Assembly (NCBI RefSeq): GCF_036321535.1
Contig: NC_087437.1
Span: 95,358,001-95,422,000 of the forward strand
Source of the DNA: Camelus dromedarius
Lineage: Eukaryota
Length of the DNA stretch: 64,000 nt
Direction: 5' to 3'
Shown here in pieces: positions 14,541-29,592 of this stretch. The translations under genes and the position numbers were made by a program. The notes under the pieces are model-generated. The model worked only from the letters and a program-made list of their open reading frames with translations. It searched no databases and was not told the DNA's origin. Each line of letters begins with the position of its first letter. Within the stretch, counting starts at the first letter, position 1.

Positions 14541-16349
14541 GTAATTATCTTGCTTGTTTTATAGATTCTAAGGGGAATTCCAGATATTTCTTCTTGTCTT
14601 CCTCTACGACATCACTTTGTTTGCTGAAAAAGTTTAACCTAAAGGTGGAGTTTGTTTCACGTGGGTTCTGGCCTACAGAAGTCTTACCGAGACGGAATGA
14701 ATTACTCAAGACTCTGTGGAAAAAGTCAAGAGAGTGAGAGGGCTTCGGGAGCCTCAGTCTTTTAGAAAAGTTCCATTCTGCTGTGCTGTAGAATCAAATT
14801 TGTTGACACACAAATGCCCATTACTGACTGGAGTTGGGAGCTGTTGCATCTCAGTCAGTGAACACCAGAGGGAGCACTTTCACCAGAGAAGACAGACTTG
14901 CTGATTTAGCAGATGATTAAAAGGAGTTAAAGTAATTAAGCGATGGCATTTATGAAGATTAAGAAATACAGCTAGTTAACAGATAGAAAGAAAAAGTGTT
15001 CATTTGGAAACCTGCTGAACACAGCACTGGCTCATAAGTTACAGGTTATGTTTGTTTGTTCTTGTTATGAACACAACATAACTCAGCTCTCCATTTGCAG
15101 AGAAATACGGTGAAATAAAAGGAGAATCTAGGTAGCTTATTAACACGGAGGGTGTTTTTTGCTAATTAAAATGAACCTCAATCCTACATTTATGATTTTT
15201 TTTAGTAATTATCATTCAGTGAACTTTAATATATTCACAGAGAAATCACAAATGGATGTGACAGGCAGCTGGAAGGGGCTGAAAGAAGGTGTAAGTTACA
15301 TGAACCAAGCTTCAGGATTTTCTACGATAAGATAATGTTTTCTTTTCAAAAACAGCAACTTCTCGCTTAAAGTGTAAGAAAAAAAAATCTTTCAACAAAA
15401 CCATTTTGTAATTCAAATTCAGTTAACTTACCGAGTGCCCTGCTTTGTACAGTTAGATAATGTGGTTGCTACTGGAAAAGATAAAAATAAGTAAGATATT
15501 ATTCCTGAATCTGAAGAACATGCCATCTGATGATAAAATGAATGAATCTGGTACATGACAAAGAGTGGTGAAAAAATACGTTGACCACCTTTAGCAAATG
15601 CTGCACAAATTAGACACGAAGCACTGATCTTTTCTTTCCTGGATACTGCTGCTAGCTTCCTGTGAAACAAAGCCAGCCACGGAAACACCCCAAAGCTAAG
15701 GAGGTCTTCATGAGGAATAAATCCACTTGATTCAGGAATTAAACCAGGGCATGTTTTTGCATCCAGGGAAATTCCATCTAAATCACAGCCTAGACACTCG
15801 TGAAACAGCCCCTGGTGTAAGAACATTCTCGTGGATAAATCTGGAGGGCCTGATGATACAGCCAACTCTCTCCATGTGTATATTCATGACTGTAGACTTC
15901 GGCTTTCTCATTAATCAGAGCATAGGAAATGCTGCTGAGCACCTCTGTGTGTTCTGTCCCAGCCGCTGTGCCGGGGCAGTCTTACTCACACACACGCACA
16001 CACGTGTAAAATAGAAGTCTGGTTCCTGCTCTAAAGGAATTTACAACCTAGATAGACCAAGTTATGAAGGAAGAAATGATGGTAGGGATCTCGAGGTTCC
16101 AAATGCCAGCTTCTTCAGCAGGACTGAAAAATTACAGAGTTCCTGAACTATCTGTCCATTTGGCTCACTTTATCGTCATCCAGAATTAACCTTTTAAATG
16201 TAACGGTGAAACAGATTTATTTTAAATATCTAATAGAAGTGATCTTTTTACCAAACCAAATGATAAAAGATGCTGGAATTTGACAGAGGCAACAGTTAAG
16301 TAAAGATCTTGGAGTCGGTGCTCAAAATGACAGTTACATACAGAATTTT

Positions 16350-16600
16350 AAATTTATTTATTCATCAAACATATTTTTTGAATACCTACAATGTGACAGG
16401 CACTGTTCTAGCTGCTTGGGATGCATCAGTGAGCAAAGGCAATAAAAGTTCCTATCCTGTGAACCTTACATTTCGTGGGGGAGATAGAAGATAAATAATA
16501 AGCATTTTTAAAAAAAAAAAGACAACACTGTTATTTCAGCAGTTGATGAGTGCTTTGGAAAAAAATAGGACAGGATAAGAGGTCAGGAATGCATTGGGAA
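16350..16600 (-). mobile_element. L2 3' end fragment
   Basis: ttcatcaaacatattttttgaatacctacaatgtgacaggcactgttctag, typical reverse L2 tail. Confidence 0.65.
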
Positions 16601-16719
16601 CAGGTCTCGTTTCCTAGCCGTTTGTGAGTGTGAATGTGTGTGTGTGTGTGGTGTGTACGTTCTGTGACCCATGTGCTGAGAATGGGCCAGACTCCTGTCC
16701 TCTCTTCTCCAATGTCATC

Positions 16720-16840
16720 CCTTTTTTTTTCTTTTTTTAAAAATATTTTGGGGGGGGGGAGTAATTAGGTTTATTTACTTATTTAATGGAGGTACTAGGG
16801 ATTGAATCCAGGGTCTTGTGCATGCTAAGCATGTGCTTCG
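16720..16840 (-). mobile_element. 5'-truncated tRNA-derived SINE, camelid type
   Basis: poly-T, ggggggagtaattaggtttattt...ggaggtactagggattgaatccagg; TSD aatgtcatc at 16711-16719 and 16841-16849. Confidence 0.75.
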
Positions 16841-17372
16841 AATGTCATCTTTAAACACTGGATTCTCTCAGGCATCTCAGACTGTGAGTCCTCACTGGAC
16901 CTCCCACCCCGTTTGGTTAATGACACCCAAGTCAAAATGTTCAAGTCATCCTCTTTCCTGCATCCATTATTGCATTTTGTTGATCCTACCTTTCACTCCC
17001 TTCACTATCACTTCATTGTTTCACTGAAAGCTCTTTTTCTCCCTTGCCTTATCTGTCACAAAAGCTCCAGGGAGCTTCATTAGCGCTACTTCACTAGCGC
17101 TACTTCCTGTTAACTTCTTTTGCCCATTGGAGCCAGAATGAAATTTTGAAATGCATGTTGATCATGTCTTTGAGCTGCTGAAGATCTCATTTTTCAGTGG
17201 AACCCACCATGTTTAAAAGATTAGGTCCAAAGTGGGCAGAGCACTTTGTAAAGCCAATAACCTCTAGGGTTTGGCAAGCTCACTTCATGCCTCTGTGTGC
17301 CACACCGTACAATCCACTGTGTCAGATCCACCTGCTATTCACCAGTATTGCATTCTCTGTTATGTCCTTATT

Positions 17373-17547
17373 TTTTTGTTGTTGTTTTTTGGTTTTCTGG
17401 GGACGAGGGGAATTAGGTTTCTTCATGTATTTTTAAATTAATTTTTATTTTATTTTATTTTTTTGGTGGAGGTACTGGGGATTGAACCCAGGACTTTGTG
17501 CATGCTAAACACACAATCTACCACTGAGCTATACCCTCCCTCTCTTC
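17373..17547 (-). mobile_element. Near full-length tRNA-derived SINE, camelid type
   Basis: ggaggtactggggattgaacccagg...ctaccactgagctataccctccc (reverse B and A boxes); TSD tatgtccttatt at 17361-17372 and 17548-17559. Confidence 0.8.
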
Positions 17548-17698
17548 TATGTCCTTATTACACCACCTGAAATGTGTGCCCCTCCCCTTGTTAGTGTGTT
17601 GTGGTTCACCTGCTGTGTCCTCCGTGAACTCTTTGTGCTATATGAATACCGCAGATGAGCATCTAATATGAGGTAATGCAGTTATCTTTTGTTTATAT

Positions 17699-17919
17699 CA
17701 AGGGTCAGCAAATTATGGCTCTTGGGCCAAATCTGGTCTGCCACCTGTTTTTGTAAATAGATTTATTAAAATACAGGCAGACTCATTTGTTTGTATGTTG
17801 TCTATGACTGCTTTCCCACTACAATGGCAGAGTTGAATAGTTGTAGCAAAAAATTTGTCCTGCAAAGCCTAAAATGGTTACCCTCTGATCCTTTATAGAA
17901 ATAGTTATACCAACTCCTG
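17699..17919 (+). mobile_element. MER58A-like hAT-Charlie element
   Basis: gggtcagcaaattatggc...gggccaaatctgg...gcaaagcctaaaat...ccaactcctg, ~220 bp. Confidence 0.8.
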
Positions 17920-20029
17920 GCCTAAATGATTGTCTCTCACAATAGAATGTGAGAGCCTGGCATGTGGAGGTTATGTGATTTACTAATCAATAATTAAACA
18001 CATGAATTTTTGTAGTGCAATAAATGTAGTTTATTAGATTATATCCATAAATTCAACACATGAATTATTGACCTTTGAAAGATATCACCAAAAAGTATCT
18101 AAGAAAGGAAAGGATGAGCAAGTTATTAAAGAAATGAATGCCACAAGACTTGAGTTCAATCCTTGATGACTTTGAAGAAAATTTTGGGTTCTGGACATTT
18201 TCCTCTAATAAAGGGGAAGGTTGAGTGTGAGAGCTCTTCTGGTTCTCAAAATTGTGAATTTAGCTAAAGAGAAAAGGATGGTTGCAGTAAGCAAAGAGCC
18301 CTCTTCTCAACTGGAAAAGGACAGAGGACTTGCAGTGTAATGCAGAGAAGGGTCATGGAAATATTAAATAGCTGTTTCTATTTGTTTGTTTCCCGTACCT
18401 CACATATCCGCATCACATCTTCCCAAAAAACCCAAACAAAACAAACAAAAATAAACAAACAAAAACCTAATTAAAATCCAAACAATAGCATAAACAAGGA
18501 AACAGCAGAGAAAGCCTGAAGAGAGCAGTAGGAAAGGCAGGCTGACCGGGTGGAGGATGCCAAGAGCACATTTCCTGGCCGTGGGAGGTGAAGAAGAAAC
18601 AGAGCTCAAACCCTGCCGCTCTCTAAAGGACTGACCACTCTCGGATCTGTCCCTCGCTTCTTCCTGGGCTTCAGAACTCTCTCACGCTATCAGTGGAAAG
18701 AAGAGACAGCCCATGGGCAACCTGTACTGCCAAGCCCCTTGAGCATTTTCCCCAGCCCGGGGTCCCTCTGGTATTTTATTTCATGGCTTAGAAGTTCAGA
18801 TAGGTTTGGGGCATTATTTTGTTGTTTCGGGTTTTTTGTTTTTGTCTGTTTTTTCTTGGAGTGAGTGATTGGAGTATCTGGAGTAGGAGCAGAGGAATGG
18901 AAGGTAATTGCCACGTAATTATTTAAGTGTGTTTGTCCTTTTTTCCTTTGTGACACAGAACTGTTCCCTTAATATGAACTGAAAGATAAATACGGTTTTT
19001 GCGAGCCCTAGTGTCTTCCTTTCCCTGATAGTGCCTTTTTGAAGACAAGGAAGAAACAGGCAAAACTCAGATAGATATATTAGCATGAAAATGTAACAAC
19101 TAATATATGGAGAGATATATATATATGTATAATGTGATTCTATTTTTATATATATATGTAAAATGTGGTAACATTATATAATGTTTTGACACATATTAAT
19201 CATTATAACCAGCACTGTGTTTTGCTTCTGCTTCATTTCTTATTTTTGGGCAACTAAGTCTGTCTCAGAAACACTGGATCATCTTAAATGCATAAAGATA
19301 GCTTGCGCTAACACCCTTATCAGAGTTGCTACATAGGACCTTGACTTCCTTAGAGTTTCTGAAATACACACTTGGCACTTTAAGATGCATTCTGGGCCAC
19401 TAATCATGATTCACCTTCATCCCTAAATAATTAGCACTCCAAACACAGGTCTGAACCGAAAGCTAGGATGGGACTGTTAGTCCTACCTCCTACGAATCTG
19501 AAAAGTTCTTTCAGTCTCTGATGATATCAAAACGTTCACTTTAAAAGTGTTTTTTTGGGGGGAATCACAGTAGCATGAAAATATTGTCTGTTACTTTTGA
19601 AACATGTAAGTCAGGCTGTGGAAAATTTCCGCTTGACCCGTACTTCCAACATCCCATAATATTTCTACAGTGTCACATATGGAGATTGACTTTTAATAAC
19701 TTCTGTAGTGATAACACACTTGGTTTCAGTTCAAGAGAAAATAAGAAAAGCTAAAGATTACTAAATGCAGAATTTCTTAAGCAACATCTATTTCAAAGGC
19801 TCTGGATATCTGTGATACAGCTTGCATTTAAATGTTTTAAATTTCAACAGTTCAGCAACATTGCTTTTCAAAGCATATTTTTATCAGCAATTTTTATAGT
19901 AAATTTGTTCAGTTATAAAAGCATTATTCTGAATTTTAAGACTTCAGATATTTCCCCAGTCTTCCTTTTGTTAAGAATGAGGGTTTTAGGAAATTTCAGT
20001 GCCCTCCAGTATATGTGTTTATAGCATCC

Positions 20030-20255
20030 TGAATTAAAGTGTAGATTCTAGAGCTGGGCTACTTGGGGTTGAAGCCCAAATCTGCCACTCACACACTTCG
20101 TGTAACCAGGCACAAGTTTCTTAACCTCTCTCAGGCTTCTGTTTCCTCTTACGTAAAATTTGGATAATAATAATAACTGCTTTGTAGAATTGTCATAAGG
20201 ATTAAGTGAATTAATACATGTAAAGGACTCAGAACAATACCTCACACATTGTAAA
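20030..20255 (+). mobile_element. MIR SINE
   Basis: Core caagtttcttaacctctctcaggcttctgtttcctc...taaaatttggataataata...aggattaagtga. Confidence 0.8.
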
Positions 20256-21372
20256 CAAAAGGGTAAATATTTATTTTTATTACAGATATATATATACATA
20301 TTTGTATGCAGATACATAATTATAAATCCATATTCTTCACTTGAAGTGAATTATTTCTCAAATAACCATTATTTGCATGGTAAGTTTCCTCGGTTGACTC
20401 TCTGTGTGTCAGAATAGGGACCATGGAGAGTGCAATGTTCTTGCTTCCCAGGAAAATGAGAAGCATGGTTATTGCACTTTAACAAAGAAAATGGAACCAT
20501 GAAGATAGTCTTGGCAGAATCTGTGGTGCCAGTCTGTTTATTGTGGACCTGACAGTGTATCATGCATCCTCACCTCTTCTGCTGAATCATCAAACAGAGT
20601 CAGTGTTGGAGAAGGACGCCAGGATTGCCACTCCTGGGTTCTGGCTGCGTTTCTGGCACTGACGGTCCAGGACTCGCGTTTATAACTGCTGATGTACTTT
20701 GCACTCTCAGTGCACAGTGAAAGAAGATCATCTTTTGTGCCCCCCAAAACATGAATGCTGACATTTCTTATAGTGGACATCTTTGTTTTACCAGATTTAA
20801 TTCAGTCGCTTTCCTTTGTTTACTTAGGGATTCATGGCATTTTACATTGTCACCATCAGAAAATGTTGACAAGCTTACAGAACTGTGCTCTGAAACACTG
20901 ATGAGGCTCTCTGCAAAATGTCACAGAGCCCCAACTCACTATCTCTGAAACATGGTTTTGAAGGAAAATATGCATATGTGCTTAGTGAAGGATCCATTAT
21001 CTACATAAAGGAGCTTGTTCCATTTTTTTTTAACGAATTTGTGAGAAGAACCATAATTTTTAAATGGGTCAAAAATTAAGAAATGCAAACTGTCTTAGCT
21101 AGCTTATTCTTTAAGCTACTAAAACACTGAAAAATATATGTATCTGTTTTTTAGATTCCATGTTTGATTTTTAGTCACTGTGACTGAAAGCAGAGTAGAG
21201 CCTTACAAATGATACGATACTTTAAGTCTCTGCCAGTTTACAATGTAATGGTTATAAATACCGAGGCATGTCCCAGAACATTAACATTACAGTTGCCTTG
21301 CCTGTAAAATGAAAGGAATTATAGTTTCATTCAGCATAGTTGACCAAATTATTTGTGAAAATGATGAGATGA

Positions 21373-21612
<240 letters not shown>

Positions 21613-22671
21613 TAGAGACATGCAGACAGCTGGATGTGCAGGCTTGGCGTTGTTAGGAACAAGCCATCAGGAGCTAACTTTCCTTCCTTTCTCCCTAAAT
21701 TAGAAGGGAAATTTAATCAACATTTTCTTGAAATATTTACCATTGTTTAGCAAACTAGCCTGATTCAACTGTTTTCTTCATCCCAAACCTCCACACCTCA
21801 CCCTCCACCCAAAAATATTTCCTAGTATGCAAAGGGAGAGTAAGAGTATAAATTCTAGAATAGATAGCAAATAAGGACAAAAAATGAAACTAAGTGAAGT
21901 ATTCATCTTCATAAGAATGTACATAATTATAACTTTAAATGCAATTATTTATTTTTAAGATTTTAGGAATAGAGCAGATCAAAAGATTGATAAATCCATA
22001 GTTTGAGTGAACCAAATTCTTTAATAGCAGTAACAATGATAATAATAATAATTGTATGGCAGCAAAACCAGATCATTTTAAGTGAAAGCTGAGTGAAACT
22101 CAAAATTAGATTTTTATATCATACTGGTAAATCCTGAGGATACGAGAAATGTATATCTTTTGCAGGTATGTATACTAATACTATTTTTGTATGGAGTCTT
22201 TTTAGCTCAGAAATATGTGTGAGTAAATTACTCTGCTAAATTTTCATGCTAAAACATGACAGTAAAATTTGGATATAGAGGATGCAATATTCAAGGGACT
22301 ACACAGAAAATTACAAATAATGTCTTACAAAAAAAACCTTTCAACATTCATTCACAGTATAGGAAATATAAAAAGAATCATAAAGAATCAAAATATATGC
22401 CTATAGAAGTAAAATAACCCATGGAATTAAGGAAATGGAAATAGAAAATAGCATTCAAGTAAAAAATGTGGTACACTGTAAAGAACAAATCTTAGTCTCC
22501 ATTGGATATGGATATGGAAATGATAAAGCCATGTGACCAAGTCCATGTTCTTCAGAAGTCCATATTCTAGTTGGTTGGATAGATAAGTACTCACATAGTT
22601 GTAAATAAAAGAAAGATTATGCTGAGCCCAATAAGAGAGAAAAACTGACAATACCCATTTAAATTAATACG

Positions 22672-22881
22672 TAGAGCTGTGTTGTCTAATACAGTAGCCT
22701 TTGGCTTCAGGTGGCTATTAAAATTTAAATTAAATAAAATACCATTTGAAATTCAGTTCCTCATTTGCATTAGCCACATTTCAAGTGCTCAGGAGCACAT
22801 GTGGCTAGTGGCGGCTGTATTAGACAGTGCAGAATAGCACGTGTCCATTATCTCAGAAGGTTCGATTGAATAACACTCTAG
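22672..22881. mobile_element. MER3-like hAT-Charlie element
   Basis: gctgtgttgtctaatacagtagcc...ttagccacatttcaagtgctc...catgtggctagtggc. Confidence 0.75.
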
Positions 22882-24070
22882 AAAGATTGGCAAAGAAAAG
22901 TGAGATTGCCAAAGCCATACTGCCTTTAATAATATTGCTTAGCCACTGTTATACAAATCTTAATTCCTAGAAATTAGAAATAAGAATTACTAAACGCCAG
23001 ATGACTCAAATACCCCTGATCCCTGATCATTTATTGTTGAAATTCAGAGTAGTTGAATTCAGTAGGATAGAGAAGTTGCAAATTCTTCTTAGAACTATAT
23101 TAATTTTTACGGCTTTTACAGGGACCGTGTTCGTTTATCATTTTTTAGGATATCCAGTTGAAAACTAATCTTCAAGGTGACCTGTTAGTATTGCTGCCAC
23201 TATGATTAAAATAGTGGCATTTTTACTATTGGAACTTGACTAATTTTTCACCTGAAAGATGTTTTAATTTTGAATGATTATTTTAGTTCTTCCTGCTTTT
23301 AATATTTTCAACTGCAGGCTTTAAGTATTTCTATATAAGTTATTTCATTCTCAAATATTTAAATGGAGGGAAAATTAGAGTAAAATGGAAATATTAGACA
23401 TATTAGCTATTATTCAGATGTTATTTGATTAAATTGTCCTGGCTACCATGATTTATTTTGCCATCATTGTTGTCATTTTACACTTCTTGGGGTTTTATTA
23501 TGAAACCATGAAAAAATGATTATATAACATCCTTTCCACATAATGATTATTCTGCATAACCAAGAAAAAAAACTAATAAAGTTTTCCTGAGCATTATTTA
23601 CTATCACTTTCCCTCTGTTCCTGGTATTTTTTTTGGTTGGGGGGGTGGTCTGGATTCTCAACCTGTAAGCTTTGTTCCATTGCTTCAAGAACTAACTAGT
23701 AGCTTCAAATAGTTCAGTAACTCCAGTTTGGAAAATTTTAAATTGACACATAAAGATATTCATGTACATATTATTTTACTGCAATTCCTAGTAAAGGGAT
23801 TGTTAAAGGAAAATTATGTAATTGTTTGAATTGAGCGTATTATTTCCTACATAACAGCAGCAGAATTTCAGAGTTATTTATTCTCCATATAAATTATGTG
23901 TGTCCTCCCTTATTCCCTCAGTTTTCTTTAGAAGACCATTTGAGTATGTTCGTTAGAAAGGACATAAGAATACTTGGCCCTTTTTACTGATCTTATTTAA
24001 GCCCATTTATACCTTGCCTAACTTTACTGTGACTCACAAAGCTACTTACAAGGAAATTTAAAACGAATAA

Positions 24071-24637
<567 letters not shown>

Positions 24638-25502
24638 TGATTTTATAATAATATATAAGTATTTTCGAATGGTTTGGAGATTCATTTAAATTTAATCGTA
24701 GGTGAGGGATTGTTCAGAACCATCTTTTATTCATAAGGCAGATATACAACCATCACCATACCTCACATTTTAAATAAATAGACTGTCCCATTCTTTCCAC
24801 TCGAGAATGGAAGATAATTGCTTCTACGTGGTCATATAAACGAATAGCATTTTTTATCAGACTGTAGAAAAATAATTAAATTAAATTTGAACTGGAGAAG
24901 TGGTTCAATTTGTTCTATTTTTCCTACCTCATGTGGTTACTAAGGCTGCTGCAGTGTATGATTTTAGAACCTAAATTTCTTTGGTTGACATGATTGAAGC
25001 CTGTCAGAATAAAATCTAAAATAAATTGAGTAGTGTTAACTTGTAGCAGCAGAATAGTACTTTATGGCCAGAGGGGAATGTTTCTCTACTGTAATATCGG
25101 TGAGTTGGAAGAGATAGGTATTTGATTTCTTTGTAGTCCTTCAGGCTACAGCTTTAATGACGTGATTTGCAAAGTTACACCTCTAGGGAAAAAGACATTG
25201 CTCTGATTTGAATAGGTCAGGGCAGTTTTGTATGAGGGTCTGGGTAAAGGATACATTTTATTGTGGGTAATTAGAAACACAGGCTTATTTTCTTTAGGCT
25301 TGAGTTGGGAACATTTTTTTTTCAAGAATAAAACCTACTACAGTTGGAGATTACAAAAAAGATAGCTTAAGACAAACATTCATTTAAGTTAGTGTTACAT
25401 GTTTTCATTTAATAATACAATCATCTTGCTTTTTTTTTCCCCAGTTTACGAAATCACTTGATTGGTACAACAACCCAATTCAATAAACATTTACTTTTAA
25501 CC

Positions 25503-25875
25503 ATTTTTTATTGAAGTATAGTTGATGTACACTATTATATAAGTTACAGGTAAACAATGTAGTGATTCACAATTTTTAAAGGTTATTCTCCATTTATAGT
25601 TATTATAAAACATTGGCTCTGTTCTCTGTATTGTGCAGCATATCCTTGTAGCTTATCTTACACCTAATAGTTTGCACCTCTTACCCCTCTGCCCCTGTCT
25701 TGTCCCTCTCCACTCCCTCTTCCCACTGGTAACCAGGAGTTTGTTCTCCATATCTGTGAGTCTGCCTCTTGTTTTGTTATATTCACTAGTTTGTTGTATT
25801 TTTTAGATTTGACATAAAAGTGATGTCATACAGTATTTGTCTTTCTCTGTCGGACTTATCTCACTTAGCGGAATA
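25503..25875 (-). mobile_element. LINE-1 3' end fragment
   Basis: tttttattgaagtatagttgat...tttgtctttctctgtcggacttatctcacttagc, typical reverse L1 3'UTR. Confidence 0.8.
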
Positions 25876-26658
25876 GGCGAGTTGTTGACAAAGGCTGACA
25901 ACGATGAACAGGAGACTGTGTGTGATCATGGAGTTTACAGTGTTATTCAACCTATTGTCATATTATTCTTGCATAGTATATGGCTTTATTGTGGACTTTG
26001 GAAAGATCTGACAGTCCTCTGTACAAATATTTCAGAGCTCTGATTTATTGTTTATACTGCTTGTAAACAGACTTGAAATGTCAAACTATAATAAAGACAC
26101 TGGAATGCAACTAAACTGACAGATTATTACTCAGTACATTCCAGTGCTAAGTTTGTCATTTGGATTTTCACATCTGCCTAAGTAAGTAGAAGCCTTTTTG
26201 AGAGATTGAGATACTTCGTTTTCTTACCATGTATATATTTTTCACTAGATGCAATCTTGCTGGCAAGTTTTCATTTTATTTTTTACTTTTTTTTTAAATT
26301 TTTTCTGATTCACAAATATGAGATTTTCCTGATTTCTTATTATTAAAATTATTTTGTTACTATACTTTTAAAGATAAGAAGTCAAGCAAGTCTGATTTTT
26401 GCTTTAGCTGATTAATAAGTATTTTAAAGAGAAGAAGTAGTCCCTCATAGGATTTATTCACACTTATGTTTAGTGTGATTTATGTAAAGAAGGTGCAATC
26501 GCGTGTATTTTATACAGCTTAAAGGAGACATGTTTAAGGGTCTTTATTTTTTCCCGACTTTTCCTCTTGAACACTTTCATACATTTTATCAAGTGATCAA
26601 CACAGTAGCTTAAAAGCCTAATCGTTGGTAAATGATTGAAGCACCAAAGAGAAAATAA

Positions 26659-26802
<144 letters not shown>

Positions 26803-29382
26803 TAAGGGGAACCGAGGAGAAAGCCAACCTCCCCTTTAAAAAGATGGTGCTTTCCAAGATTAAAAATTGAATGCTGATGATCTGATGTGTGTAAGTGACA
26901 TGTGTAATCACTTTATGCGATTTGAATCTTCCAGGCATGGGGCTCGTCTCTGCCATTTGAGGGACTGTCCACTCACGAAACCATTTTATGTTCTATTTGG
27001 TAACAGATTGAGGCTCCTTATTTTCCTCCTTGTTAAGGAGCTTTAGCAAAGCCAGAAGCATGCCCTAGTCTTCAAAGCCAGTTAAAACTTTTCCCCTCCT
27101 CAGCAAAAACGTAACTAAAAATATTGGGCATATAGTTAATCTGCTAAATACGTTACCATTTGAAGGAAGGCTGTGAAAGCATATAAAATTTGAGTACGCT
27201 TGGACAGACTCAGAAACCTAAGAGAGAATATCATGAGGTTTAGGTACAACTGGAACCTACCTCAGCTTAAAATCTCTCTACTATCCCTTACTCAGTTCTT
27301 GTTCTAAAACCTTGTAAAGCAGCCTCCCAACTCCAGTCTGTAAGTGCCTCGAAAGCCACGTTGAGGCCTCTTCCCTGTGGTCTTCATGCTGTTGCAGCTG
27401 TTTGCCAGCTGTTTTCCTGATAGGGGCTGCAGATGGGCGCCTGGTGGTACTTAAGTCCTGTTTTTCTAATTAAAGGCGGTTCATTATTAGAACTAACATG
27501 TGGCAAGTCACACCACAATGAGAACGAAACCAATTGATCTTGACTCTAGTTTGTTTCTCCAGGGGAGGGTAGAAACATTACTTCCCGGCAGCTGGATTTA
27601 AGTTGCTGCTAGGTACTTTTAGCCAAGGGTCTACTACCCCATCTCTGTAATGAATGTGGTATTTGCATTTTACCATCTTCCCTTGACTAAAGCATGCCGA
27701 TTTGTCATTTTCTAAACTGTGTTTTGTCATTGGTTGAAATTGTTCCTATTTGAATTAACGGAGCTTAGAAATAGCTCTACTCTTATTCTACTACATGTTT
27801 GATTTTTTTTTAAACAATCAAATCTTATCAAATAACCTTTATGTTTTTCCTTTTTAAAAATAAATAATTAAGAGAAACATGAATTAAGAGAAAAATTTCA
27901 AGGTTGTTTTAGGTAAACTATATAAAATATTTTCATATTTGACATCTCATGCCATTTCTTCTTTGAATTCTTAGCCACTTAGAAAGAAGTCTTAATGGAA
28001 AAACATGATTCTAGGTTATTAATATTCAGTGACTTTCTCCATCCCTCAGCTTAGATCCATAGATTCCGATGCTCTGCTGCAATTTGTTATTTGGTATTCT
28101 GTGAATATATGGTAAAGAGATACAAAGATGTGGAATCTGGTGGTAATTAGAGGAGAGAACAAAGCAATTAAGTGGCATCTAGAAGAGATTTGTGATGTTC
28201 GGCCTTTCGCGATGGATGGAGTTACTATGGTAGATGTGTGCCGGGAAGTCAGGGGGAAGGCGCTGCGCGTAGTCAGCTCCCTGTACAGGCATAACCGTTC
28301 CAATATATGGCAACTGAGTGGAGGAGGAGAGAAAGGAGACCCACAAGCAGAGGTCTGACAATCAGAATTTATTAATAACAGCCTATCCCTCAGCCCACAC
28401 TTGGTGCAGTAACATACCAGTGCAGGAACATCTGGCTTAACAAACACTGCCATCTGAAAATTCCCAAGTGACTTTAAAAAAAGAAGGCTTATTGAATATA
28501 CTAAGACCTGTTTCATGCACCGTGTAACTTGGAGCTGTTTCAGAAAGGTTTAAAAAAAAAAAAAAGACCAATATAATTCACTGAATTTAAGGGATCATAT
28601 GAGAAAAATAATTATAGACTCACTGTCTTTAATTTATATAAGAAACTAAAATGTATCATATTGGAGGAGGAGGATAAAGACCATTTTATCCCAAAATATC
28701 TTTTGACTTAAAATTATTTTAAGATGAGTACACCAAAATGTGCAGCTACCTATGTTTAAAGAATATGCCAAATCTAATATCAGAACATTGGGGAACTTGA
28801 ATAATTGAACTATTTTAAACTTCTAAGAATGTTCAAGCAACATTATTTCACTCGAAGCCGTAATTTTACAGAAACAGTAGCTAAAAACACTTCTGTTCCT
28901 TTTAAAAAATCTTTTCTGCTCCTTTTGTTGTTAGATATATTAGTTCTTCCAGCAGTTATTTTCATCTGCACCTGCCATTCTGACGAAAAGTAATTTCACT
29001 GTGCCTAAAACATTTCAGTGGACAAGTACAAATTATATATATTCAGTGATTTAATGCAACAGTGGAAATGTAATAGATCGTATCTGTATCATATTGTATT
29101 TTAGGTTCCAGCAATTAAATAATAGAAAGGCACTTCAGAAAATATGTCTACAGCTCACTTGTTTTAGATGATAATCCATAATGCAATTAATTGCTGTAAG
29201 AAGGTCACTATTAATGATATGACTTGTAAAATTCATTTATGATTTTATTGCTTTTTCACTGTTTATTTTGCTGTTAAACTTGGCAGTATTTTGTGTCATA
29301 TTGTACAAAGTTCTGCGTAAAATTAATGGACAAAAGTGTGTTTATATATGAATTATGAGATCATCTTTACAGAAAAAATTAA

Positions 29383-29592
<210 letters not shown>

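Noticed and set aside
17082..17106. Short tandem duplication tagcgctacttc
   Set aside because: Trivial local duplication within repeat-derived sequence.
27424..27448. CTCF-like motif (gctgcagatgggcgcctggtgg)
   Set aside because: Mismatches or an extra base in the core on both strands; cannot support without ChIP data.
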